DNA of 64,000 nucleotides from Eledone cirrhosa (Eukaryota), in the NCBI GenBank assembly GCA_964016885.1, contig OZ024747.1:92938001-93002000 (forward strand), read 5' to 3'. A program made the translations under genes and the position numbers. The notes under the pieces were generated by a model that made no database searches, was not told the DNA's origin, and saw nothing but the letters and a program-made list of their open reading frames with translations. Position 1 is the stretch's first letter. Each line of letters starts with the position of its first letter. Of this stretch, positions 25,723 through 39,367 are shown in pieces.

Positions 25723-28700
25723 CTCTAATTTATAACCTGTGATAAGAGACCATCTTGTTAGCTAGATACAAACAAGTTTGCCACACTTTTCCTGCGCAAT
25801 CAGAATATAAAGAGCCAGAAGAAAATTATCACTAAACATTTTGCATAGTGCTTTAACAACTCTGCCAATTCACTGCCATGGACTTGTATTTCTTATCAAC
25901 AAGACAAGGCAATCTGAATCAATGAAGTAACTTGAATGGCTAGAAATAGCAGCCGAATTCTCTTATATTACACTCTACTATCCTAGAAAAGGATACAATG
26001 AATAATACAGTCTTGGTTTCCCTACACAGAGAAAAATAAAATGACTACTGCTGGAATTTCTTTTATCATAGGTCTGCCTGATCAGGGCTGGCCTAGAGTT
26101 AAACAACAACCACAAGGCATGTTGTCTAATACTTTAATGATTTTGCCAATTCACCACCTTTTTAAACCCTATTGAGACCATATGTCTAACGAAGTATAAT
26201 TAGTTCATAATTAAGATAGTATTTGTAGTATAACTTAAAAGGTTCTTATATAAAATTATGCTGGAAGGATTTAATTTAAATATGAGCCCTTTAAAATGTA
26301 TGGTTTTGTTTCATAGAACCTGAGGTAATTTAGGGTGGGCTGGTATCAAAAGAGTCAACCAGCTTAACTTTCCAACAGACCATACTGTAACATTAACTTG
26401 TTAGCATTTTAATATCTGATTATCCTGGCAACAATGGAAGAAGTTAAGGGGGTAAGGTTTTCTGTCATTTGGTGGCAATACTTCTTATATAGTCATCATA
26501 GCTTAGAAGACATGGGTCTGTACTAATTAACCATTATATATTCCTATTTCCAAGATATTGAGACTTTGAAAATATGAAAGATAAGGTTAGATAATAGAGT
26601 TTTGTAGCTTGCTTGAAGCATTGTTGAATAGGAAACACAAATGTAATGGGTTTTTAAACCCAAAAATATTTGGGATCATTAGATTTGCTAAGGTAAGAGT
26701 TTTTTGTTATCTTGGCGATTTAATGTTCTTCTTAACACATTGTTTGGTTTTCAAAATTATTTAAATAAGGTTACTTCCATTCCATAAAGAATCTCCAGGT
26801 TAATAGAAGAAAAATTCTGCTTGGTTATTGATGATTTACCAACACATGGAAAGATATATGTTAGGAATCACCAAAATGGACAGAAAAACTTGTCAGTCAA
26901 TAAAAAAATAAGTAAACAAATACAAGACATCATAAAATATATTAATAAATGAAAATAAGAGTAGAATATGTGGCATGAACAACCAGAATCAGACGGACAA
27001 AGCTATGTAAAAAATTAAGATTGAGGAGGAACGGTTCAATTAGTCAAAGACAGAGTGTGAGATGGAGAGATGAAATTGATAAGTTTATAGGTATGTATGG
27101 ATGAAAGCAGCATAGGATAGAGACAATTGGCACTGACTTGAAGTCTTCTCCTTACAGTGGGTAGATGATAGTGGAATATGAAGATACCAAAACCACCCTT
27201 GGTACTTACTATGCAATTTTATATCTATATGAGACTCTTTATACACAATTAAGTAGTGCTGATAAGATAAGCATAAATCAACATCAAATAAATATACTAA
27301 ATACAAGACAGAAATAAATTAATATAATTTAGAGTGTCGTATTGACAATGTAAATGAAACTATTAATTTGAAATGGATGTTTCAAAATGTTAATAGATAT
27401 TGAATAAATATAAGTTGAAAGTATTAAAACAAACTTATCTTAGTAGGGTAGTCAACTAAAAAAGTATCTTAACAGAAGTAGTTATGACTTGAGATAATAA
27501 TAATCTCAAAATTTTATGAGAAAATGTTTTAGAATATACACAAATTGTTAACAATTTGTGTATATTCTAAATTATATTAAGTTATTGCTCCAACAATAAT
27601 TTGATCTTGTATATGAAAATATATAAATTTCCTTCAGATCTGACACTAACACTGGTCATGAAATTAGAAAATTCCTATGGCATTCATTCTTATCAAGACA
27701 ACAATCTTCTGTTTCATTAAATCAGAATATAATGCCTGGTCTGCCAGTAAATCAGTAACAAACATCAGACATTCAATTTACCAAATCCATATTAAGGAGG
27801 CTTAGCTTTCCCATTCACACAAAGAAATACTTTTAGAGATGGTGATTCTGTACGCTTCAGCTACATTTTTTTCTATGTACTTATGGCTTCATATTTGAAC
27901 TGGTTTATCATCTCTGGACAATGACATCTTAGACTCAGATTTTCTTTTAATACTCTTTCATAGTTTAGCTTTGTTTTGCTTAGACTTTTACAGATAGGCG
28001 ATGTTGGTTTTGAACATCATCTTGATGTACATCTCACAGAAATGTTTGTTTGTTTAGGTAATACAGCAGGAACACGGCTGATATTTTTTTTATCTTGGTA
28101 TCATACTTGTGAGTAGATATTAATTTTAGTAGTGGTATTTGATGGCTGGGAAATTATTGTTACAAAGTTCCTTATATTAAGTGCCTTTTCAATACAGATA
28201 AGTTTTGCTTAATATTACAATCATCAGATAACACCTTCCTTGATCATATTATAAGGATGATGAAGTTCATATTTAAGTGGCTGTCAGTTTTTTGTACAGA
28301 GATGTTTTGACACCAGTTTTCATTCATTGTACCAATATGACAGTCAATCTTTGCTCTTCTTTTCTATAGGGAAGTGTAAAGGGATGCAGAGGGCGTTCAT
28401 GTGATAAAATAGAGATAAGATAGCATCTTAATACTAGCAAGGAATCGAGCTCTTGAGAAAGACAGAAGACATGTTATATTATTAACATTGATTCTACTGC
28501 TGACCATTTCAATATACCCATCTTTCAACACACCCCATTAATCCCCATAGTTCATGTAATAACAATAAGGAACATATAAGCATAAAAGACAGAAAGACAC
28601 ATACCATTCTTATTAAGGACAGAACCACATAACATTGAAAAAGTCAATATAAACTTATAGTAACATGAAACAAAATAATAAGGAAACATGACATAAAAAT

Positions 28701-29069
28701 ATAATATTGTAATATTTTTCAAATGAATTTCATATTGAATGTGGTCTAGGATGTTTATATATGCAACAAAGGCACTCTCCCAGATATATAAGCAGAATCT
28801 CAATTTGGGGTGCATTTGAGCATTGTAGAGGGTCAACAACTTAAAGCCTTATTAAGCTATAAGTTTAGCTGTTATTAAACAGGTAGTAAAATTGGTTTAA
28901 TAACACTTGTAATAAAAATTAAATCTATAGCTTGATTAGTCTCATGAAATACAAAAGCGTTAGATTCAAATTATAAAATGCAGCCTTCAATTGAATAATA
29001 CATCCTCGTGTCTTTCATCGACTTTTTACTTACTTTTTACTTACTTTTTACTTACTTTGGCTATTTGAT

Positions 29070-29227
29070 ATACTTCTGAAGAAATACATTTTTCACTATA
29101 CTTGCTAGGTTTAATATATATGTATTTTTTCCTTGTATTTATTATCATTATTATTATTATTATTTCTATTATGTTTATCTTGACTTTGTATTCTACTGAG
29201 TGATGTGTTGAAACAATTGTAAAGTAT
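29070..29227 (+). ncRNA. Type I hammerhead ribozyme with a very large loop 2 (about 113 nt)
   Basis: Stem I ATACTT/AAGTAT; CTGAAGA (29076-29082); stem II AATACAT/ATGTGTT; GAAAC-aatt-GTA with palindromic ACAATTGT. Confidence 0.65.
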
Positions 29228-29687
29228 CAAATGTTTTAAGAACCCTTATCTGTCACCTCAATTGGTGAAGCTAAAATAGTTTGATAAAACATCGAAACTA
29301 ACATATTCTCACATTCTTTACTCCCCAAAAGTTAAAATATTGATACAGCTTTGATGAATATTCTTAGTATTTATGCAATTTCACATTTTGTCCTTCAACA
29401 CAGTTCTATACAATGACATGTTGTTATTTATAATTCTTGCCAGAATAATTTTAAATGTTTCTACAACTTCAAACAGGTTACTTTTTTTCCCCAAAGCTAA
29501 CTAAACTCCAGCCATAACATTTAATGAAATTTAGTTTGATAGAAAAAAAAAAAGTAATAAAATTTAAATATTCATATTTGGTCTTCAATGAAATGAAAAT
29601 TAAATAAAACATTATTTAAAATCAAAATTTAATATGGATTAAACTGTTTATTCTCACCCTTTCTTCATTTTTCTCCACGTCTTACTA

Positions 29688-29852
29688 GCGTATTTCCCAG
29701 CGCTAAAGACGCTTCGTCCTCGAGGACGCACCCTAATTTTGACAACCAAAAATTTGGAAAAAAATAATAAGCCTGCAGCCTCCAGGACGCATGGTAGAAT
29801 TTTGAGACTTATTTTAGGAAAAAAGTAGCGTCTTTGACACCGGGAAATACGG
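29688..29852. mobile_element. Tc1/mariner-type MITE
   Basis: TA|GCGTATTTCCCAGCGCTAAAGACGC ... GCGTCTTTGACACCGGGAAATACGG|TA: 25-bp imperfect TIR and TA TSD. Confidence 0.8.
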
Positions 29853-29972
29853 TAACTATTGTTTTATTTTGTTACAAATTGGTCTAAAATAGAAACAATA
29901 AAATTTACAGCTCAAATCTACATAGGTTTATCTACCTCCTTTGAGTTTGAAATTTATATCAGGTTTCTCGCT

Positions 29973-30174
29973 TGTTTAGCATTTAAACCAGCTGTATCCT
30001 GCCAGAATTCTTTCACCTCTTTCTTTTCAAACTGTCCATAAATAGCCACTCATACTAATGTTAAGGTTCTCAAAATAAGTAATATCAAAATCTCATAGAT
30101 TCAATATTATGTAAGATAAAGCCTTTACTGCGAAAATACAATAGTATATATAGAGTAATGTAAATGCTAAAGGG
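29973..30174 (+). mobile_element. MITE family A
   Basis: Left TIR eroded; right end TAAATGCTAAAGGG|TTAA. Confidence 0.85.
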
Positions 30175-32537
30175 TTAAGTGATAGGGACCCCAATCCTGT
30201 CATGTAAAGCAAGGTGAACCTATGACCTTATGATAATGGGTCTAATACCCTAATTACCAAGCCACACATGAAAAAAAAAATCAAACACTGAATACTATAT
30301 TCAGGTTATAAGGTGTGAACTATTTCTTTGATAGTTAAAATTGGTGGATTTTCAGCAATACTAATAGAAATAGTAATGACAAACATAGCTGGCATACTGC
30401 ATATGATTATACAATATAAATAATATTAATACAAATATTACAAAAAATTAAAAATTTATACCCAAACTAAGGTACATTGTTTATGAATAGACAAGAAGTA
30501 GAACCTTTTTAAAAGGAAGAATTCAAAGATACATCAACCTATACATTTTTTTACTTTATAAATATAGATATAATTATAAACTGAAGTCCTTGCATTTATT
30601 TATGTGTATTAGCTTTTAGAGTTTACTGAAAATTATAGTAGTATTTTTCATTCTTAAAAATGCATTTGTAAATTTTGTTAATAGTGAGTTGTAATGTAAG
30701 TTTTTCAGATAATTTTATATTCTTATATGACTTTCAGTTTTCAAATTCCTTCTTACAGTATAACTATTGGTAATATTAATATATGTAATATTTTTCATAT
30801 CTTTGAAAAAAAAAATGTTCCAACAATTGAACCACTGAGAAATCTTTTATTTGATAAAAGCAAAGTGTTTACGATCCAGTAACTTAACAAATCCCTCGAA
30901 ATATTCTAAATTAATAATGCATTTTATAAATTGTTGGGAAATATGATTCAAAACATTTTAGTAATTGTATGTATCTGTTTATGTGTGCAAATACATAAAT
31001 ATTTGCTATCCTTTAAATGCACTTAAACAATGTAAAAATAATTCAGTATTATAAAATAATTATAATTTTAAAAAATGCAAAGAATAAGCAGAAAACCTTA
31101 TTTAATTTTTTTTTAACGAATCAAATAGAATGTATTAATCCAAAGATTACTAAGAGGAATTTAAACTAACAGCAACTCATTTTCACTAATTGATAAAAGA
31201 TGAATCCCATTATTTCAACTACTTGTAAGATGCTTCGACAAATGTAAAATAAAACTTTGCTTTCAAATAATTGTATTGAAAAAGAAAATAAATGAATTCC
31301 TTGTCTAAATGCATTCATATTGAAATGGATGTATCAAACTAGGAGAAAATAGATAAGAGAATCAACAGCAAGCAGAGACAGAAACAAATGCATTAATAGT
31401 TATGCATATTTGTAAGACAGAAAAATATTTCTTATTGTTTAAATTTTTATATTTTGATTCAGCAGATTTTATTTGAAGTTAAAAATAAAAATAAAACAGA
31501 AAGAATTTAAACATCGTAGAATTCTCCAAAAACAAAATAGAAAACACATATTCAACAGAAGCCAAAATGTCTTATCTGCAAAGATAGACTTATGTTCTTA
31601 ATTCATAAAATGGTAATCTTTACAGCTCATATTTAATACTAAAATGGAAAGAATGAGTTGTTTAGATGGTTATTAGACCAAAAAGCTTATTGATAAAATA
31701 ACTTAAATTCCTGTAAATAGATAACACCAAATGTTTCTAAAATATTTGACATCAATTTTAGTTATATTTACAACATTAAAAAAGTTATTTGAATCAAATT
31801 GCTATTTTCCAGAGGTTAATATTTCAATATAAATTATTTTAAATCTTATAAAATTTTACAATCAAATTTTTTTAAATGAAAATTTGAACAAACATTACGA
31901 GAAGTATAAAATAAATGGTATGTGTGTTTTCAAGCCTATTTCAAAGTAATGGGAAATGGGGATGACTGCAAAACCAGTAATTAAAAGAAAACATGTTACT
32001 GTAATAAAGTTTACTTATAATTTGAGATGGTTAAAAAAAAATAAAGTAAAATAATGTTAAATATGAAAAGTAATCAGCCTACACTCTTCAATAGTGAGAG
32101 TAAAAAAAAAAATTATAAAAGTTGAAATAAAGACAATGTATTTTCACTACGCTTTGGTTCTGATTGTGAAATTAAATTATAAAATGAAAGTAGAATCTAT
32201 TACAAAAGCTTTCATAAATTTGTTAACATATTAAGGAAATACTAAAATTAAAGTAGAAATTTATTCTAGTTCTTCAAGTATGATTTTAAAAAAGATTAAA
32301 TTAATAAGCAATTAAAAATAATTTTTAAACACGAAAAGTTGTTAAGAAGTTTGTTTCATAGTTATATGGTTTTTGGTTTGATCCCACTGTGTGGCACCTT
32401 GGACAAGTAAGTGTTTTCTACTAAAGCCACAAGCTGTGAGTAATATTTGGGAGATGAAAACTATGTGGAAGCTTGTTGTGTATATATACATGCGGATTTG
32501 CCTCTGTGTATACCTTCATATTCAATTTACAGTTTAA

Positions 32538-32758
32538 CCCTTTAGCATTTAAACTGGTCATATCCAGTCAGAATTCTCTCACCTCTTTCTGTTTAAACTG
32601 GCCAAAACTGGCCACTCATACTAATGTTAAGGTATTGTTCTTAAAATAGATAATATCAAAATCTCATAGATTCGATATTATGTGATATTATTATGTGAGG
32701 TAAAACCTTTACTGCGAAAATACAATAGTAAATATAGAGTATTGTAAATGCTAAAGGG
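32538..32758 (+). mobile_element. MITE family A nested in an old SINE C copy (about 32335-32965)
   Basis: Perfect 14-bp TIR with TTAA on both sides. Confidence 0.92.
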
Positions 32759-32986
32759 TTAAAGAACTAATACCATTTGTTTATGTCATACAGCTTAGTG
32801 GCATAACAGGTAACAGATCAGTGGAATAAGTAGCATATGTAAAAATAAATAAAGGTTGACATTAGAAATCAGAAAGAGTATTGTCATAGAATATTGGTTC
32901 AAACAATCTCCTTCAACCCTAACCAGCATCGTTATGTGGACATATAAACAACGATGATGATGATGAAACTATTTTAAATTACTTAA

Positions 32987-33248
32987 CCCCTTTAATATCA
33001 AACACCATGAAACTATGCCTGTTTCTATGATCCAAGGCTCTTTATTTCAATGTTTTTATATTTATCTAAAAACTTACCTTCATATTTTTAGACAAGAAAC
33101 TTTGTTTAGTTATACTTAAAACACCAGCTTAATAATGAGAAAGTTAGTTATATAGTTATATTACAAAATCGACCCAAATTCTTGATTATTTTCAATATTA
33201 TGATAATCACAGGCAGTGTCTTTCATTAGAAATATGGTCTCAAAAGGG
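32987..33248 (+). mobile_element. MITE family B, uninterrupted copy
   Basis: TTAA|CCCCTTTAATATC ... GGTCTCAAAAGGG|TTTAA. Confidence 0.75.
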
Positions 33249-33517
33249 TTTAAATTCTTATAACATTAAAATCCTGATTATAACTATTTCTGCAAACAGG
33301 AGACAAAAATTTAGCTGTTTCTAGACCTAAGTTATAATGTATCTAGGAAAGAATCCCATTAACATAGCCATGAAACCTAAAACTTAGGAGTTAAAATGTT
33401 TCTATAGTTAGTGAAACTAACTGCTTTTATCTGTAAATTAAAAGCAAAAATTATGTTATGATTGCCATCTACTTTATGGCATCCATATCCATTACAACCA
33501 TAATCAGCTTTTCTTAA

Positions 33518-34121
33518 CTTATTTGATATCAAACTGCCTAAAACTTCCCTTGGTGTTTATTTCATCCCAAAACCTTTTACCATAATTTTATGTAAGAACC
33601 TTTATTAAGTTAAGCTCCAGACATCAGACATTAGAAGGATGTTAGAATACATTGTAGAATACAATGTATTCTAACATCGACATATATTGTATATGCTCTT
33701 AGTTCGTCTTTATGTGGACGACTAATCGAGAATGGTTGCATCTACCGAGACAACAATCACCACTGGGAAAAAAATTAGTAACAAGATAAAGAAAAAGACG
33801 AAGCTGCTTCTCCCACATAGCTCTTGACACAGACTTAAGCTCTCTCCCACATAGCTCTTGCCACAGACTTAAGCTCTTTCCCACATAGCTCTTGCCATAG
33901 ACTTAAGCTCTCTTCCACATAGCTCTTGCCACAGACATAAGCTCTCTCCCACATAGCTCTTGCCACAGACTTAAGCTCTCTCCCATATAGCTCTTGCCAC
34001 AGACATAAGCTCTCTCCCGCAACAAGAGGGTGTACTAAATCTCTCCAAATACTTGATTATTTTTAAACTTAAATGAAAATCATAGGCAGTGATTTTCATT
34101 AGGAATATAATAAGGAAAGGG
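33518..34121 (+). mobile_element. MITE family B interrupted by about 400 bp of foreign sequence
   Basis: Homology stops after CTCCAGACATCAG (about 33627), resumes at TACTAAATC (about 34033) and ends AAAGGG|TTAA. Confidence 0.7.
33808..34018. repeat. Minisatellite, 34-bp unit CTCTCTCCCACATAGCTCTTGCCACAGACTTAAG x about 6
   Basis: AGAC(T/A)TAAG recurs at 33831, 33865, 33899, 33933, 33967 and 34001. Confidence 0.95.
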
Positions 34122-37100
34122 TTAAATAATCACTGGATGCTTTTATAACCCAGTCATATTTGTTAGATTCAAATTATGGAAAACTTATATACACAGTTCA
34201 TGGTTGAATGATTAGCAACAGTTTCCAACTATGAAACATTAAGTTGAATAACACATCTGAATATACAACACTGTGAAGTCCTTTGAATTCATATGAGCAT
34301 AAAAAGACTGAGCCAAAATATGAGAGAATATAACATATCATAGATTCTCAGTTTAAATACAATCTACTTACTTAAAAAAAAAAACTGACATGAATATTTA
34401 AAATGATTTACATTGAATAAGGGGAGGGGATAATGCATTGCCTATGTAAAGAATTTCAACTGCCAAATAGATCAGGTGTCACCATCCATGTTAAAAGTTT
34501 TTGAGTTATTCAGCTGCAACTTCTCTCGGCCCACTATATAATATGTACATGTATATATGTGTATGTTCATATTTGTGTATATGTTTATTATACAGATAAA
34601 AAGCAGAATATTATGTATATGTATTGCTGAAGTTTTTTTGTTTCTGTTTTGGTGGAATCATAAGAGTAGTAGGATTACATCAATGCAGTTAATTTCAAGG
34701 GTGGTGGATTGGCAGAATATTAGAGCATCAGACCAAGTGCTTTGAGGCAAGACCTTTTACATTCTGACTTCGAATCTCAACATTAATTAAAACCTCCAAC
34801 TAGTAAAAAAGTGTCAATGACCCAGCATGGCCTCAACCAGATGGCTGGGACTGGTAAAAGCGTATGTCTTTGCAAATGGTTTATCGTAATGTTCTACAAC
34901 CATTTCAATAATACCAATTTCTAACAAAGGCACAAAGTAAACAAAATTGGAATGAGGCTAGTTCATTAAATTGACCTCAGTACTTGACTGATACTTTATT
35001 TTATTTATCTTGAAATGATCAAAGATAAAATTGACCTCCATAAGATTTTAACTCAGACTGTAAATGCTATAACTAAATACTGTTTTGACTGATGCTCTAA
35101 CAATTATGCCAATCTGCTAGAAAATATCACTAAATGGAACTGATGCCTCCATCAAAAACATTTGTACATTATTCCATGTACTATACATGCACCTTTGATG
35201 AGTTTTAATGCACCTGAGCACTGTACACAATAACTTTCATTATTACAACATAGAGATGCTTCTGTTAGCTTGTGATGGTGTGTGTGTATGACAGAGTTAG
35301 TAGAAATGTGAGTGGACAATTAGAGAGACGGCACAATCCAAAAAAGACATTATAATATTAATTTCTAACATAGGTACAAGACTTCAAATTTTAGAAGATA
35401 TAGTAGATGATCTGAACCCCACCCACTTAAGTATTTGACTGATACTTATGTAGCTGACACTTGAATAGTTTGAACTAAGAACATAAAAGACCATGAATAA
35501 GATTTTGCCAAATCTACTTCTCATATCTCTATGATATATAAATAAATCAATTGTAAAACATATTTTTAAGATTACATTAAGCAAATTAAATAAAAAACAA
35601 ATATTAAAGTCTCTGTGTGTGTATTTTTTTTCTTTCATTTTTACTAGGTATAAATACCTGAAAAACAAACATGTGTATTTTAACATGTTAGAAATTATTA
35701 GATGTTGTAAATTTAAGAATTTGTATAAAATTAATTTAAATTCACTTGATACAATAATTACATTCAGACTATATCACAAGAAAATTCACTGAGAACTGTT
35801 TAACACAAATCACTCTATGCTGCAGGCTAAATTTAAAAAAAAAATGTATTATTCTTTAATTACTGCTCAAATTTTTTTTTTTAATCTAGAAAAAAAAAGT
35901 TAATTTTGAAATTAATCATAATATCCAGTAGATGTTAAAGTAGTAGACAATAGGGAAATTAAGATAAATGTTTAACCAATAATAAGCAACACACGAGTTC
36001 TGTGACTGTAATTAGCTTGCCCATGAATTATAATTAGTTGGAAAGGCATATGATTCTAACCATAACTCCAAAGTAAAAATTGCCTATTGGAATAAAAAAA
36101 AAAGTCAGCTATAAGCTAATTTACTATAAATTATATCTTAACGAAAAAAATAACTAATATTAAATATTTAGTTATATAAGTATTGTTGGTTAAAATAATA
36201 ATGAAATAAATTGTATTCTGAATAACTATATAAAGAGTTGATAAATAAAAACAGTTTCTTCTTCTTTGAACTATATTAATGTATATGTCATGTGTATAAA
36301 AATCGTTTACTGTTTCCACAACTATGATCTATAATGTTATTTTAAATAGAACATGACTACTCTGGTCATTTTGATCTCACTTAATTTTTTTTTACATTAG
36401 CAAGGATTTACTATTTACAGTTCCTATTTTTATCCACATAAAACAAAGGCTTGAAATCCTATTCCAAAAATGCAGATATTGGACATGTAATACAAAAGTC
36501 TGCCAGTGTTGCAGAAAAGAGATCCATCATCTCTTCTTATCCTAAAATTCCACACTGAGATGATTGTTAAGCAAATACATTTTTGTTGCTTGCAAAGAAA
36601 GAATATGTCTTCTTTCATGCAGATCACCAAGCTCTAGGCGCATTAATGAAATGGAGGCTGAAATGAAAATATAAAAAAAAAAGAGCACAAAGCAGGCAGA
36701 TAAGCAAACACATTTACTGCAGAGGTCTAATCCTCCTAAAATTAATCCAGTCGAGTGATTGCTTGACACAGACTAATACCAGTTATAGGAGTCTAGGAAC
36801 CTCTGAATGTCACACAATATGCTATCTGCATTATCATAAAATAAAGGATGGACAGCCAGAATGTCAATGACAAGCAGAGACATTGGTGACCAGGCTGTCC
36901 AGCTCAAAAGAAATAATCAAGATATTACTAGTGGATAGACCATAATGAAAATTTGCAGTAATAGAATAAAGAAAGACTTTAAATTTTTTAATGTCACCCA
37001 GTCATAGTATTGTTTTGTACTTTTCACAAATGTCATACTAATGCAATTTCACTTGGTACAGGACGTTAAGAATTAAAAGGATACACCTCTACCCATTACC

Positions 37101-37222
37101 AGCCCAAGGGTTATGGCCATGCTGGAGCTTTGCCATTTACCATTAATGATAAAGATATCTATTAAATTTAAATAAAAATTGTAACTGAAAAAATATTTAT
37201 CAAATATTTCAAAACATATCTA

Positions 37223-37410
37223 AATAATTGTTTCTACTTTTGGCACAAGGCCAGCGATTATCCCAGTGCATTACTGGTACTTTATTTTATCGACCCCGTA
37301 AGGATGAAAGGCAAAGTTAACCTCAGCAGATTTGGACTCAGAACTTAAAGGGCCATAACTCTACGCTGCAAAGCGTGGTGTCTGACGTTCTACCGATATT
37401 GCCAAACCAT
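37223..37410 (-). mobile_element. SINE family B
   Basis: Reverse complement of the 14087-type unit. Confidence 0.85.
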
Positions 37411-37793
37411 AATAAAAACAAGTAGTTAATATTTTTTTATTTTTTCAGATATAAATTGTTTATATAATTAAACGGTATGGTTGATATATTGTCAGTTATA
37501 CAAATAGAAAAGAACTTGTGTCAACAGTTGAATAACTGAAATTCACTTTAGTCCATTGTTATATCAAAAATATTTCAGACAAAATATATCACATACTCAT
37601 CCATGATTGTTGTAAGATTTCAATTAAAGTCATCCAGACATGAACAAATAAATCTTAAAACATGCTGATTAATGAAAGGAAATAAATTCTGCATGTAAAA
37701 TATCCATTAGTCATATATGTACATATGTACGTATGTGTATGTGTGTGTGTGCATATATATATATATACACACACACACACATATATATACATG

Positions 37794-38127
37794 ATCATCA
37801 TCATCATTTTTACGTCCACTTTTCCCTGCTTGCAAGGGTGGGACGGGAACTGATAATGGCTTGATTTCTACAGCTGGATGCCCTTCCTAACACCAACCTC
37901 ATTTAGTGAGTGCTGGGTGCTTTTTTGCCGTGACACCTCCATACCACTTTGCAGTGGAATGATAGGGACCCCAGTCCCTATCATCTCATTTTTACAGCTG
38001 AGTAAACTGGAGCAATGTGAAATAAAGTGTCTTGCTCAAGGAAACAACACATCACCCAGTCTGATAATTGAACTCACAACCTTTCGATTGCAAGGCCAAT
38101 GCTCTAACCACTAAGCCATGTGCCTCC
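37794..38127 (-). mobile_element. SINE family A (tRNA head + CORE + RTE tail)
   Basis: Near-identical to 40514-40859 in reverse; flanked by TA/CA microsatellite. Confidence 0.9.
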
Positions 38128-38219
38128 TTATATATACATATATATACACATACACGTGCCTCCTTATATATACATATATATATACACATACACATATATA
38201 TACATGTATGCATACAAAT

Positions 38220-38705
38220 ATCATCATCATCATCACCGTTTTACGCCCGTTCTTCCACGCTAGCATGAGTTAGACGGGTTGTCCTGTTGTGGGCAGTAGC
38301 CGGTCGGCTGACCATGCCTTGCTCATATGGGAACTGATTCTGGCTTGATTGCTACAGTGGATGCCCTTCCTAACACCGACCTCATTTACAGTGAGTGCTG
38401 GGTGCTTTTTTCCGTGGCGCCTACACATCCACTTTACAGTGTGGGCTGGGTGCTTTTTTGCCGTGGCACCTTGACGACCACTTTGCAGTGGGAGGGTGTG
38501 GGGGCATATTGTCTATATGCTTCAGCTCAGCTTGTACCCGTGGGAGGTCGGGTCTTCTGTATTGCTGCGTGACGCCAGAAGCCACGGTCGTGTGTCATCG
38601 CCTTTGAGAGGTTCAATTGGGTAAGGTCGGCTTTTATCACCCCATCCCAAGTCTTCTTGGGTCTCCCCACTCCGCAGCTTCTATTGACTTCTAGTGCTCT
38701 ACACC
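38220..38705 (-). mobile_element. 5'-truncated RTE LINE
   Basis: Minus strand encodes CRALEVNRSCGVGRPKKTWDGVIKADLT (compare GRPRKTWDELINSDIT in 59353-59790), then the 3' UTR and (GAT)n. Confidence 0.85.
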
Positions 38706-39367
38706 TTTATATATATATATATATACATACACACACACCCACATGCACACACATATTCCTTCCATGTACTGTGCTATTTGTTTTGTTATTTTTGTTTACC
38801 TTTTATATACATATATATATGTATCTCTCTCTCTCTCTGTCTCTCTCTCTATATATATATATTATCACAACATAGACATAACAGGATAACAGGAATGCAC
38901 TTTTATGCCTACACACATACACACACTTTATGCCTACACATACACACACACACATCTAACAGGTCAGCCAGCCTCTGTCATTCATTACACTGATCAGCTC
39001 ATGCAGCACACACTCTTGCACATTGACTACAATACACAGAGAATAGCCCTTTAACCACATCATGGTCTGATGCACATCATGATCTTATCCTCACAGCTTT
39101 GTACAAACACACACATGCACACAAACACACACACAAACTCATAGATGCTTATCTCCCTTGCTGTAAATGAGTCTCATTGTGAAAAACTTCCAAAATGGCT
39201 GACAAACTACTTGTGTTTTCCTCCTAAAAAAAAGTATGTTTCCACATTTTCTTTCTTATTCTCATCTATCTACCTTCCTATTTCCTCCTCTTTCTGTCAT
39301 TCTATATTCTACAGAAGGACTAACGTCTGAAATGTTAAAACCCTTTTCCTACTATATCAAGCATTAA

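Noticed and set aside
28183-28233. Minus-strand CTGATGA...GAAA
   Set aside because: Stems I and III do not pair in register.
26400-28340. Old LINE/PLE coding remnants (also about 1960-2540, 11000-11500, 16440-17000, 22200-22820, 43910-44330)
   Set aside because: Only scattered motif-like fragments; family and boundaries cannot be assigned without a profile search.
33808-34018. 34-bp repeats as a CRISPR array
   Set aside because: Contiguous units with no spacers.
36542-36690. Strong minus-strand acceptor (ttttcatttcAG at 36659-36658) as the missing dve exon
   Set aside because: No convincing donor, the phase-0 frame stops after four codons, and no homology was recognised. RNA-seq would be needed.
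37878-38114. Recurring [12 protein letters not shown]...LQGQCSNH in several places
   Set aside because: Antisense reading of SINE A, not a gene family.
39305-39345. ACAGAAGGAC-taac-GTCT-GAAATGTTA as a hammerhead
   Set aside because: Core and stems I/III are too decayed; at most a relic.
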